A stretch of DNA of 64,000 nt from Candidatus Methanomethylophilaceae archaeon (GCA_029982165.1 JARRCN010000004.1:8018-72017); one strand, 5' to 3'. Positions 47,913-57,475 are shown, counted from the stretch's first letter. Numbers and translations: made by a program. Notes: generated from the letters alone by a model not told the origin.

Positions 47913-49210
47913 TAGAACTCCCTCCTATCTATCACTCTTTTGGCCTTACCCTCAAAACGAGGCAAAGAACCAGGATCCATTAATTCCACGTCTACAGAGA
48001 CATTAAGATATCGTTTCAATTCTGAGCTTACTTTATTCTTTATTGCAATCATGTCTGACATCTTATCACTGAAATATTCAGGCGACAGTTCGACTTGCAC
48101 AGTCATAGTATCTAATGCCCCTCGACGATCTAGAATTATCATAAATTGCTCTCCCACCTCAGGGATGTTCATAAGCGTGTGCTCTACCTGTGACGGGAAG
48201 ACGTTTATACCTCTTACTATCAGCATATCATCGCTGCGACCACTTATTCTACCGATGCGCACCGATGTGCGGCCGCAGGAGCACTCATCATCTATAAGAT
48301 AAGTCAGGTCTTTGACGCGATAACGTACCATTGGCAAGGCCTCTTTACGTAAGACGGTCATCACCAGTTCACCAACCTCCCCAGGCGGCAACACCTCTTC
48401 TGTTTCAGGGTCTATGATCTCTACTATTGCCATGTCACCCCATATATGAATCCCATCACGCTCTTCACATTCTGTGAACATCGGACCGGAGAGCTCTGAG
48501 GTACCGTATATGTCATAGGCCTTTACGCCTAAGTCTTCTTCGATATGTCTCCTCATCCCCTCTGACCATGGCTCTGCCCCCAATATTGCTTTGCGAAGCT
48601 TCGTATCCCTCTGGAAATCAATCCCTTGGCTTTTAGCGACCTCGCCTAGATGAATCATGTATGAAGGGGTACAGGCAATCACTGTGACTTCCAGGTCCAT
48701 CATAAGCTCCAGCTGACGTTGGGTATTCCCTACACTGGCGGGAAGGACCGTTGCCCCAACTCTCTCCGCACCGTAATGAAGGCCTAGACCACCTGTGAAC
48801 AGCCCATATCCGTATGAAACCTGCATCACATCACCGGTGCCAACACCGATAGATGTGAGAGCGCGGGCTAAAGACTCTGTCCAGAATTCAATATCGTTTT
48901 TGGTATAACCCACTAAAGTGGGTTTGCCAGTGGTACCTGAGGACACGTGGTAACGTACAACCTCATCCCGGGAGGAAGTGAACATCTGTGTTGGGTAGTT
49001 ATCACGCAGATCCTGTTTGTACATAAAGGGAAGTTTGCATATATCTTCCAGAGTCTTTATATCATCGGGGTGTACACCATGCTCTTTCATACGCTCATGG
49101 TAGAATCTGTTAAAGCTGTAGAGACGGTAGACAAGGGTCTTAAGCTCTCTGAACTGTAGTTCTCTCAACTCATCTTTTGGCATGCATTCGATTCGGGCAT
49201 TCCAATACAT
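47912..49210 (-). CDS. Phenylacetate-CoA ligase family enzyme, paralog of 45133..46437
   Basis: VSSGTTGKPTLVGYTKND, YGTSELSGP, RYRVKD, GRSDDMLIVRGINVFP, KAKRVIDRR. Confidence 0.85.
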   Translation of the reverse strand: MYWNARIECMPKDELRELQFRELKTLVYRLYSFNRFYHERMKEHGVHPDDIKTLEDICKLPFMYKQDLRDNYPTQMFTSSRDEVVRYHVSSGTTGKPTLVGYTKNDIEFWTESLARALTSIGVGTGDVMQVSYGYGLFTGGLGLHYGAERVGATVLPASVGNTQRQLELMMDLEVTVIACTPSYMIHLGEVAKSQGIDFQRDTKLRKAILGAEPWSEGMRRHIEEDLGVKAYDIYGTSELSGPMFTECEERDGIHIWGDMAIVEIIDPETEEVLPPGEVGELVMTVLRKEALPMVRYRVKDLTYLIDDECSCGRTSVRIGRISGRSDDMLIVRGINVFPSQVEHTLMNIPEVGEQFMIILDRRGALDTMTVQVELSPEYFSDKMSDMIAIKNKVSSELKRYLNVSVDVELMDPGSLPRFEGKAKRVIDRREF

Positions 49211-49306
49211 CTTTCACTTCCTCCAGTGTTCAGGGTAATCAGATCTCCATTATTTAATATGTTAAACCTAAGAAATCAATTATATTTCTTTTACCATGGC
49301 GGATTC

Positions 49307-49933
49307 ATGATGGAATTGTTAGAAAGGACAAGAATCCTTATAGAGGAGTCCAGACTCTTTGCATCCATCATATCTGAAGGCCCCGAAGGTCCTGAGGACC
49401 CAGCCGCTATGGCGTTTTCTATGATACACAACAAAACAATGATCACTCAAGAAATGTTGCAATCATATTATCGAATGTGGACAAGTGATCGCGTCTATGA
49501 AGTGGACGAGGATAGATTGAGTTCTGAGATGACGGAAAGGGTTGTCTATCTCAGTAAGATGTTGTTTATTGAGGTTCTCAGCGCCATAGAGTACTCTGCA
49601 AAAAATGTGTGTTCAAAGAGGGCTCCGGAACTCGAAGAGTCATCACACCTGCGCAGTATTATGAGGGAGAGTTTTCAACTAGGTATAATGACCGAAGCAC
49701 GTAATCGAGAATGGAACGATATCATTACCATTCGTAACCTCGCCGTTCACAATAATTCTGTGTCCGACCGCTCAAAAAGGTGCCAGATTGGCGATGTGAA
49801 GATATCGATGCGCCCCAACCGCATGATGAAGGGGCCGCTATATACATTTGTGGAACTCTCCCGCTTGGCGATGGGATATTATTACGAGTGGTTAGGCTCA
49901 CTTATTGCGCTGGATAAAGAAATGTCTATATAG
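49307..49933 (+). CDS. Hypothetical alpha-helical protein with an HEPN-like R-x4-H motif
   Basis: ITIRNLAVHNNS is an R-N-x3-H motif in a predicted helical context. The longest ORF starts at a GTG at 49226. The Met pair at 49307 (MMELLERT) leaves a sensible divergent intergenic region. Confidence 0.45.
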   Translation: MMELLERTRILIEESRLFASIISEGPEGPEDPAAMAFSMIHNKTMITQEMLQSYYRMWTSDRVYEVDEDRLSSEMTERVVYLSKMLFIEVLSAIEYSAKNVCSKRAPELEESSHLRSIMRESFQLGIMTEARNREWNDIITIRNLAVHNNSVSDRSKRCQIGDVKISMRPNRMMKGPLYTFVELSRLAMGYYYEWLGSLIALDKEMSI

Positions 49934-49954
49934 GTTTGTATCTTAAACAATGGA

Positions 49955-50269
49955 TGCTAGGCTTGACCGGGATGCTCGGCGTATCCTTGTATACCGAAAT
50001 CGTCGATATGCGGAGGTGACAGCGGAGGACGACGCGGCTCTAACCTGGAGGCCTGGTATCACAACAATGAGACCCTGTCCACCGGGGTAGGTGTGAGTGG
50101 CTGTGTTCGATCGGAGGATCGTTACCACCACTCTAATTGCGGGGACTGGGCCAGGCCCTGACGGGAGCAGCCTTACCGCAAACTACCGACGCTCGGAGGG
50201 TAGCGGGGTTGAGAAGTGATACCAGATACCTCTTGGCCAAGAGCGCGGCAACCTCCGTGGCCTAGCACC
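49955..50269 (+). ncRNA. Archaeal signal recognition particle RNA (7S/SRP RNA)
   Basis: About 315 nt. The 5' tgctaggc pairs with the 3' gcctagca. The domain IV-like conserved segment is GGGCCAGGCCCUGACGGGAGCAGCC, and the sequence is GC-rich and highly self-complementary (ggtgagtggctgtg... / ...cgctcggagggtagcgggg). Only a spurious antisense ORF overlaps it. Confidence 0.85.
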
Positions 50270-51248
50270 TTCTCTTTCTTATGCATCCCGTTATCTTATC
50301 CTTAGAAAAGTCAAACAACACTCTCTCTTCATCACCATTTTTAATTCTGAAAATGGGACTATCTTCTACAGAGCCTACCACCGCTCCAGTCATGCCCACA
50401 GATGAAAAGAGGTCCAGAACCATGGCTGAGTTTTTAGGAGGGCATGTTATGACAAAACCGCATCCCTGATACGATACCAACCACTGTTTAAAGTCTACGC
50501 CTTCCGGCGTGGGAATACGATTAAGATGAACAAGGGCACCTTTACCACTTGTTTCCAGCAACATTCCTAATGTACCGAGGCATCCAGGGTTGCTCATGTC
50601 CTTGGCGGCAGAGGCCAGACCAGCCTCACCGATCTGGGCCATTATCTCTATTTGCCGGCGCACCAGAGAATCATCTTTATTGGTTGTTGTATCCCACGCA
50701 AAAGAAAGGTCTGGTGGATAAAAACCATCAAGATCCATGACGAAAATCACATCGTCGCCTACCTCTGCCGTGTGACTGTATATAACCGATTCGCAGGGGG
50801 CGGTACCGATGATCGCGATATCTATAGCATTATATTCGCAATCAGGATGAGTGTGACCACCTACTATCGGTACATTGAATTTGCGGACGGCTCTTTCCAT
50901 ACCCTTGAGGACCTGTGCGCATATACGATTGTCCCGTATCGAAACAACATCAACCATTGCCAACGGCCTGCCGCCCATTGCGGCCACATCATTAATGTTT
51001 ACTAAGACAGCAAAATATCCTGCATAGAAGGGATTTACCTTCATAAGTGATTCCATTATGCCGTCTGCGGCAAAAAGGAGGCAATCCTCTTTATATTTGA
51101 TTACTGCGGCGTCCTCTCCGGCCGACGCTAAGATATCTTTGAAATCGGCAGTAGGGAGATATTTTACTACATCCTGTATCGGATGTTTGCGGGTTATCCC
51201 TGGAAAATTTCTCACAATCTCAACAATTTCATTGATATCCATAATCAT
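50262..51248 (-). CDS. AIR-synthase-related (PurM/ThiL/HypE superfamily) protein, possibly methanogenesis marker protein 2
   Basis: AGEDAAVIKY...LLFAADGI...VNINDVAAMGGRPLAMVDVVS is the N-terminal ATP-grasp-like PurM motif, followed by GGHTHPD. 328 aa. Confidence 0.65.
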   Translation of the reverse strand: MIMDINEIVEIVRNFPGITRKHPIQDVVKYLPTADFKDILASAGEDAAVIKYKEDCLLFAADGIMESLMKVNPFYAGYFAVLVNINDVAAMGGRPLAMVDVVSIRDNRICAQVLKGMERAVRKFNVPIVGGHTHPDCEYNAIDIAIIGTAPCESVIYSHTAEVGDDVIFVMDLDGFYPPDLSFAWDTTTNKDDSLVRRQIEIMAQIGEAGLASAAKDMSNPGCLGTLGMLLETSGKGALVHLNRIPTPEGVDFKQWLVSYQGCGFVITCPPKNSAMVLDLFSSVGMTGAVVGSVEDSPIFRIKNGDEERVLFDFSKDKITGCIRKRRC

Positions 51249-51282
51249 GTAAAATCAATCTCCAAATAAATATCTTATCAGT

Positions 51283-51861
51283 TTATAACAAATGACTTTG
51301 CTTAGTATTTAGGACTAGGTGACGCGACCTTGTCAGCGATAGAACCATATGTTCGAGACAACGAATGTACTCTTCCGTTGAAAGGGGTTCATCGGGTACA
51401 TATGAATCCTCTGATACTGAGAAACGCGTACGTAATCTCTTAGGCATAGATTGATGGATGCTCTCCATGACATGCTTCTCCTCGCGTTTACCTTTTATCA
51501 CCTCTACCCCCGCCCGTGCCAGTTCAGACTCCTGAACGGGACGGCGCAATAGGGCATAAAGTATTTGAAGAGTTCTCAGATCAGGATCGTCACTGGTGTC
51601 TATAGCAGTGGCTCTTGCTAGACTATAGATGTCATCATCACGGTTTTGTAAGGGTACGTATAGTTTAGAGGGTGGAACCTCCGTTTCCTTCACCTGATTC
51701 ATATCCGTTAAGGCACGGAGATAACCCGTAACTATCAGCCTGTGCAATCTGTATCCTCGTTTTTCCAACTCCTTTGTCAAGGCACTGATTGATTTGCCCT
51801 CTTTACCAAGAGCTTCTAGCACTATACTCCTAAAATCTTCTTCCACAACAAGCTTGCTCAT
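51283..51861 (-). CDS. Hypothetical protein with an N-terminal winged-helix-like region
   Basis: IVLEALGKEGKSISALTKELEKRGYRLHRLIVTGYLRALTDMNQV resembles wHTH. No family is assigned. Confidence 0.4.
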   Translation of the reverse strand: MSKLVVEEDFRSIVLEALGKEGKSISALTKELEKRGYRLHRLIVTGYLRALTDMNQVKETEVPPSKLYVPLQNRDDDIYSLARATAIDTSDDPDLRTLQILYALLRRPVQESELARAGVEVIKGKREEKHVMESIHQSMPKRLRTRFSVSEDSYVPDEPLSTEEYIRCLEHMVLSLTRSRHLVLNTKQSHLL

Positions 51862-52072
51862 CGTTTCAAGCTTGCTAACAGATATGATAATAAAGAGATT
51901 ACCACCTAACCATTAGATGGAAGAAGCAACCTACAAAGAAATGGATGTTAGTAAAGACATTTGGCTAAATATCGCTTATAAAGATTGAGGGTAATTACAG
52001 CACTATTTATAATTGCTAACGTTCCCAATGCTGAAAGGCGTCAATAGAAAGTGATAAAGTTTCTAGCGTACA

Positions 52073-52771
52073 ATGGTATGTTTGGGTCAACGACGAGGAA
52101 ATATCATGACGGACCGTGAGTGTCTCCACGGACTTAGTCTGATGGAAAATGACGACCTGAGAAGGCAGGATGACCAGGCGAAGATGTCTTCTTGGCGCCT
52201 TAACTGGTTGATCTTTAGACTGTCTAATTTGAGAGTATCAGATCTTGGTAAGATTGTTTTTGTCGCTTCATTGTTGATATTTGTTATTGTATTATCTGTC
52301 TACTCATTATATTTTGGTATCAATGTGGTGTTTCCCCATCTCTTTTATTTACCGATTGTATTCGTTGCCTATTGGTTTCCGAAATATGGTATACCCTTTG
52401 CAGCAGCCATAGCGTTATTTTATACAGCAGAATTTGCAATCTTTAATAATGTATTACATATTGCTGACAACGAACAATGGCCTTGGGTATTTGCCAGAGA
52501 TCTTATTTACGTTCTGGTGGGAAGTGCCTTAACACTTTTACGGTGGGAAACATTCACACTGAGCGGGGTGATGGAGGAGAAGGATAGGTTTACCTACTTA
52601 CGACACCGTAAAAATGGATACATCTACTTCTCGCCCTCCTTCTCCAAAATATTTGGTAATGTTAGCTCTAAGAAACTGAAAGACGAAGGAATAGAATGTT
52701 TTTTGGAAGAGGGTGATAAAGAGAGATTTCGAACTGCAGAAGTGGAGACTCTGCAAGGAGAGAGAAAATGA
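52073..52771 (+). CDS. Sensor histidine kinase, N-terminal part (membrane module + first half of the PAS domain), ending at an in-frame TGA
   Basis: About 4 TM segments, then GYIYFSPSFSKIFGNVSSKKLKDEGIECFLEEGDKERF..LQGERK-TGA. Confidence 0.6.
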   Translation: MVCLGQRRGNIMTDRECLHGLSLMENDDLRRQDDQAKMSSWRLNWLIFRLSNLRVSDLGKIVFVASLLIFVIVLSVYSLYFGINVVFPHLFYLPIVFVAYWFPKYGIPFAAAIALFYTAEFAIFNNVLHIADNEQWPWVFARDLIYVLVGSALTLLRWETFTLSGVMEEKDRFTYLRHRKNGYIYFSPSFSKIFGNVSSKKLKDEGIECFLEEGDKERFRTAEVETLQGERK

Positions 52772-52783
52772 TCTGAGTTTTCC

Positions 52784-53554
52784 TTGATAACATATCAAGG
52801 AGACAAACGCTTGTTCATGTTCAGTATGACACCTATGTGGAAAGGAGAAAAGGTTATTGGCTACCAGGCCATTGCAGAAGACATAACATCTCTAAGGTTA
52901 TATGAAGAGAGTCTGCTGAGAGCACTAGAGGAAAAAAATGCCATACTTTCTGAGCTTCATCACCGGGTCAATAACAACCTCATGGTAATTATCGGCCTTA
53001 TTGATATATATGATTCTGGCAGCCACAGTGATGAGGTCAAGGAAGTTTTGAAGGATATAAAGGCGCGTATATTAGCGATCTCTACGATTCATAAATTCAT
53101 ACACGGTCAAGAAGGCTTTGCTGATGTTGATTTAGAATCGTACTTGCGCTCTTTACTGAACCGCATTGAAGATGTTTACGATGCTCATGGGGTAACGATC
53201 GAGGTCGACGCTACGAATGTGCAACTAGATTACAATACCTTAGCAGATTTGAGCATGGTTATAGGTGAGCTTGCAAGTAATTCATTGAAATACGCTTTTC
53301 CCAGTAGTAAGGGAAATATCCATCTAGCCTTCTATGAGGAAGGGGACAAATACGTTGTTACATACTCTGACGACGGGACCGGATTAAAGGAATTCGATGG
53401 TATCGATAGCGGATTTGGTCTTGAGCTTATTAGGCGCATTATCTTAAATAAAATGAAAGGGAGTATCAACCTTAAGACAGAAAAAGGTACAGATTGGACC
53501 ATCGTATTCCCCAAAAACAGAGTGTCCGACAATCTGGGGATGGTTAAGGAATAG
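52784..53554 (+). CDS. Sensor histidine kinase, C-terminal part (second half of PAS + HisKA_2-type H-box + HATPase)
   Basis: It is in the same frame as 52073..52771, and only the TGA at 52769..52771 separates them. Motifs: LITYQGDKRLFMFSMTPMWKGEKVIGYQAIAEDIT (PAS beta-sheet), SELHHRVNNNLMVI (H-box), ELASNSLKYAF, DDGTG, GFGLELI. Confidence 0.7.
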   Translation: MITYQGDKRLFMFSMTPMWKGEKVIGYQAIAEDITSLRLYEESLLRALEEKNAILSELHHRVNNNLMVIIGLIDIYDSGSHSDEVKEVLKDIKARILAISTIHKFIHGQEGFADVDLESYLRSLLNRIEDVYDAHGVTIEVDATNVQLDYNTLADLSMVIGELASNSLKYAFPSSKGNIHLAFYEEGDKYVVTYSDDGTGLKEFDGIDSGFGLELIRRIILNKMKGSINLKTEKGTDWTIVFPKNRVSDNLGMVKE

Positions 53555-53612
53555 CCTTGATCATCAAAAAGAATAACCTAGCTATATCACTCATTAGCTT
53601 ATCTTTATGTAT

Positions 53613-53646
53613 GATAACAAATATGATAACCATGCGGATAACAAAT
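53613..53646 (+). promoter_or_regulatory. Three phased GATAAC direct repeats (12-bp period) upstream of nrdD; candidate operator
   Basis: tGATAACAAATAtGATAACCATGCgGATAACAAATG, with GATAAC at 53613, 53625 and 53637. It lies about 125-160 nt upstream of the nrdD ATG and upstream of a TATA-like TTTTATAA near 53693. Confidence 0.3.
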
Positions 53647-53770
53647 GTTACATTTATCGGCCCTATAGTTGATCATTTCCGGTCCTCAAAATAATTTTAT
53701 AACCTTATTACATGAGATTCAATGGGATGAATCAATACATGAATAAACCTCATGTAGAGGTGGGAAGAGA

Positions 53771-55873
53771 ATGAAAGCAAAAGAGGTTGTAAACAAAAAA
53801 ACACCTATAAAGGGTGACGAGTCCACAGACCTTACATTATTTGTCAGAACATCGGATGAAGAGCTGAGGAAATGGGACAAGGAAAAGATATTCAATGCCC
53901 TGATACGAGAGACCGATATAAGCGAAGATGCTGCGGCTATAGTTGCCACAGAAGTCGAGAAGATGGTCTCTAAGATGGAGATAGAATACATTACTGCCCC
54001 ACTCATACGCGAACTTACCAATGCCAAACTTGTCGAGTACGGTTTAGAGTCTATACGGAAACAGCATACTAGGTTAGGTGTACCCCTATATGATGCCAGG
54101 CAAATAATAATGAGCCCGAACAAAGAAAACGCTAACGTTCCTCACGGCCCAGAAGCTACCAATCTGACTCTCGCTGAAAATATAAAGAAAGAATTTGCTC
54201 TATTGGAGGTCTTCAGTCCTGATATAGCCGATGCTCACATGAGTGGAACCATACATCTTCACGACCTAGGAATGATAGATCGCCCCTATTGTAGTGGGCA
54301 GTCTATCGAGTATGTGAAAAAGTTTGGGCTCAATCTCCCCAATGCGTTGTCTATAGCAAGACCAGCAAAACACCCAGAGGTTCTCATCGAACAGATCATT
54401 AAATTTTCAGCTGCCCTACAGGGTCATTTTGCAGGTGCCATAGGATGGGACGCACTCAACACCTTCCTAGCTCCCTATCTGGTAGATGTAGATGATAAAA
54501 GGATGAAACAACTGGCGCAAATCTTAGTTTATGAGTTTGCACAGCAGGCAGTAGCCCGTGGCGGGCAATCGATATTCAGTGACATCAACCTATACTGGGA
54601 AACGCCAAAACATTTTGTGGGCGTACCGGCCATAGGGCCTGGTGGGGAATACACCGGGAAGAATTACGAAGACTATGAAACAGAAAGCAGGCGCTTTCTT
54701 AACGCTCTCTTTGACGTTTATATGGAGGGCGATGCCCTGGGCAGACCCTTCTTCTTCCCTAAACCAGAGGTGCATATCACTGACAGATTTTTCCAGACAG
54801 AGGGACATGAAGAATTTCTTTACAAAATCTCCGCTGTGGCTGCCGAGAAGGGCAATACTTACTTTGTTTTTGACCGCGGGGACACAGCTAAGATATCCGA
54901 GTGTTGCCGGCTGTCATTTAGATTGGATGACGCGGATCTTGAAGAAGCAAAGACACCCTGGAAAATGCGCTTTTCTGCCATGCAGAACTGCACGCTTAAC
55001 CTCCCTCGCTTAGCATATATGTCTAACCGAGATGATGCGATGCTGTTAGAGAACATAAGCAAATATATGGAACTAGCTACAAAGGCGCATCTGCAAAAGA
55101 AAGAGTTCATCTCTCACCTTATGAGCATGAAGAACCATGGTCCTCTGGCCCTCTTAGCAATGGATTTGGACGGTGAGCCGTATTATCGCATAGAGAAGTC
55201 CAGTTTCTTAATAGGGATGGTTGGCCTTAACGAGATGGTGCAATACCATACTGGTAAAGAAATACACCAATCCAAAGAAGCTCTTAAATTCGGCCTCAAA
55301 ATCATATCCTTCATGAAACAGGAGGCCGAGCGTCTTGGCAAAGAATATGGCATCAAAATGCCATTAGAGCAGACGCCTGCTGAGAGCACAGCCTACCGTT
55401 TCGCCAAGTTGGATATGAAAGATTTCCCTCTACAGGCTAGTTCGGTCGTCAAAGGTAGCAAAGCCAATGGTGAACTATACTACACTAACTCTACCTATCT
55501 GAATGTCTCAGCAGATGTCAGCCCAATAGAACGAACCAAGATGGAGGGAATGTTTCACCCTCTCATCGAGGCTGGTGCACTTACCCATGTATGGTTAGGA
55601 GAGTCTAAGCCTCCGGCAGAAAATATTGCCGCCTTCGTAAAAAAGACGTTTTACAACACAGACAACGCTCAGATAGCCTTTAGCCCCGAGTTCACATCAT
55701 GTTTGGACTGCGGAAAGACCAGCCGAGGGTTGAGGGAGACCTGCAGTTACTGCCAGTCCCCCAATGTGGAGGGCATCACACGCGTGACCGGATTCTTCTC
55801 CAAGATAAGCGGCTGGAACAAAGGCAAGATCGGCGAACTACATGACCGTAGGAAAGGTCAGAGCCTGGACTGA
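53771..55873 (+). CDS. nrdD: Anaerobic ribonucleoside-triphosphate reductase (class III RNR) with an N-terminal ATP-cone
   Basis: ATP-cone (VRTSDEELRKWDKEKIFNALIRE). Core motifs: HLHDLG, CCRLSF. C-terminal Zn site CLDCG...CSYCQ. Glycyl-radical motif TRVTGFFS. Confidence 0.9.
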   Translation: MKAKEVVNKKTPIKGDESTDLTLFVRTSDEELRKWDKEKIFNALIRETDISEDAAAIVATEVEKMVSKMEIEYITAPLIRELTNAKLVEYGLESIRKQHTRLGVPLYDARQIIMSPNKENANVPHGPEATNLTLAENIKKEFALLEVFSPDIADAHMSGTIHLHDLGMIDRPYCSGQSIEYVKKFGLNLPNALSIARPAKHPEVLIEQIIKFSAALQGHFAGAIGWDALNTFLAPYLVDVDDKRMKQLAQILVYEFAQQAVARGGQSIFSDINLYWETPKHFVGVPAIGPGGEYTGKNYEDYETESRRFLNALFDVYMEGDALGRPFFFPKPEVHITDRFFQTEGHEEFLYKISAVAAEKGNTYFVFDRGDTAKISECCRLSFRLDDADLEEAKTPWKMRFSAMQNCTLNLPRLAYMSNRDDAMLLENISKYMELATKAHLQKKEFISHLMSMKNHGPLALLAMDLDGEPYYRIEKSSFLIGMVGLNEMVQYHTGKEIHQSKEALKFGLKIISFMKQEAERLGKEYGIKMPLEQTPAESTAYRFAKLDMKDFPLQASSVVKGSKANGELYYTNSTYLNVSADVSPIERTKMEGMFHPLIEAGALTHVWLGESKPPAENIAAFVKKTFYNTDNAQIAFSPEFTSCLDCGKTSRGLRETCSYCQSPNVEGITRVTGFFSKISGWNKGKIGELHDRRKGQSLD

Positions 55874-55898
55874 AACCTTTTAATTCCTTTCTTTATCG

Positions 55899-57449
55899 TT
55901 AAGCTATCCTCGGTCCAACAAACTGCCAGATTATCATGAATAGTATGGGGAGTGCTAACCATGTGGTCACGCTTTCTACTAAACGTTGGCGTTCTTCTTC
56001 CCTGATCGCAGGTCTGAGCTTTTTCGTAATGTAATCCACAGCATCCATGAACAGATAACCCCCATCCAGCGGGATTGCTGGCAGGGAGTTCGTGAGAGCG
56101 ATCATCAGATTCATCCAGAACACCCAGTAAAAGGTATTAGCGACGATCCAGAAGAGATCTCCGTCTAATATCCAACCGGTTTCAAAGAGCCACGTCAACT
56201 CAGTAGGCATCGGCGCCAAACCTATGAAAGGAAGTGCCAAATAGCTCAGAGAAGCCATCATCATATCGCTCAATGTCTCTGAGCCCTGAAGAGGGTCTTT
56301 CAAATATGCCAACAGTCCGGAAGGGGTATTGATACCAATACCGGCGAAATTCATAGTGATGCCTAGATAACCTTTAGGTAAAGGCCCACTTGTTAGCTCC
56401 ACTTCGAAATAAGAGTTCTCCCAGGTGGATGTATCTTCGTCAAATTCCAGCATTACCAGCTCTACCACCTGCCCAGGCGTGGTATTAGACAGGTATTTGT
56501 TGAGTTCAGATATCCCCCGTATTTCCTGGCCGTCTATGGAATAAAGGAGCATCCCCGCCCTCACTCCCGATTCATAAGCTGGTTGACCTTTGGTTGCGGA
56601 CTCGATGTAGACTCCTGTCACCATATAAACGATATCTTCCCCATTTTCAGTGACCACTTTAATCTCTGCCAATTCGCCTGGGTTGCTTGCATTGTAATTA
56701 TAGAAGTCATCGATAGTGTTTATCTCAACGCCGCCCATGCTGATTATTACTGTTCCTACATCCAACCCAGCATGTTCCGCAGGAGAGCCGTCTGACAGAA
56801 CTACAACGACGGGATTGTCTGGATATTGGGTTTCAACAGCACCCAACATAGGTATGGTTAGGATCAAGACTAATATGATGGCTACAATAAAATTGGTTGC
56901 GGGCCCGACAGCGTAAACATCGCTACGCTCTTTTTTACCGGCATTTATAAGTTGTTCTTCATCAGGCTCCACGAAGGCACCGATAGGGAAAATTAAAAAG
57001 AGCAGGCCCGTGGTTTTTATGTCCATACCGTTCACTCTGGTAAGGATTCCATGTGCTACCTCATGAATCACGATACATATTATGAGAGCTACGATTCCAT
57101 ATCCGATGGGAATTATGGGATTCAGACCTGGGATGCCCAAAATATATTCCGGACCAAGAGCGCTTTCTTTGGGTATTGTATGGATGATTGTCATCTGCCA
57201 CAGGAGCAGGCCTGTAAAAATGATCATTAATGAGAAAACAACAATCTTGGAGAGAAGGGCGTATCCTTTCCAAAACCGTCTAGGTGCTGCCAGTCTTTCC
57301 ATCAGGCCTTTGCCGGCCTGAGTCTTAAGCATTATAGTAGGGCCATAGGGTACAATTCCCTTCTCCTGAAGTATAGTACTTTTGCGTACGTAAACCCAAA
57401 CAAACACATAAACAGCGATGAGTATCAGTACCAGGAGCAACGTGTCCAT
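55899..57449 (-). CDS. Site-2 protease family (M50) membrane metalloprotease with PDZ domains
   Basis: HEVAHG zinc motif in a TM helix, central PDZ-like repeats (SPAEHAGLDVGTVIISMGG and PAYESGVRAGMLLYSIDG), and a distal NSLPAIPLDGG motif. Confidence 0.85.
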   Translation of the reverse strand: MDTLLLVLILIAVYVFVWVYVRKSTILQEKGIVPYGPTIMLKTQAGKGLMERLAAPRRFWKGYALLSKIVVFSLMIIFTGLLLWQMTIIHTIPKESALGPEYILGIPGLNPIIPIGYGIVALIICIVIHEVAHGILTRVNGMDIKTTGLLFLIFPIGAFVEPDEEQLINAGKKERSDVYAVGPATNFIVAIILVLILTIPMLGAVETQYPDNPVVVVLSDGSPAEHAGLDVGTVIISMGGVEINTIDDFYNYNASNPGELAEIKVVTENGEDIVYMVTGVYIESATKGQPAYESGVRAGMLLYSIDGQEIRGISELNKYLSNTTPGQVVELVMLEFDEDTSTWENSYFEVELTSGPLPKGYLGITMNFAGIGINTPSGLLAYLKDPLQGSETLSDMMMASLSYLALPFIGLAPMPTELTWLFETGWILDGDLFWIVANTFYWVFWMNLMIALTNSLPAIPLDGGYLFMDAVDYITKKLRPAIREEERQRLVESVTTWLALPILFMIIWQFVGPRIA

Positions 57450-57475
57450 TAGGCTACGGGAACACTGTCAGGCAA

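Noticed and set aside
49943-50131. 62-aa minus-strand ORF
   Set aside because: It lies entirely inside the SRP RNA gene. Its Arg/Ser/Thr-rich composition is typical of a spurious frame over GC-rich structured RNA.
52769-52771. In-frame TGA read as selenocysteine
   Set aside because: The codon sits in a PAS-domain surface position, not a redox active site. Nothing in the window shows Sec machinery, since the EF-like gene at 46515..47477 has a dead G domain and no SelB C-terminal extension. Archaeal Sec use is known only in Methanococcales and Methanopyrus. I kept it as an unexplained stop rather than a recoding claim.
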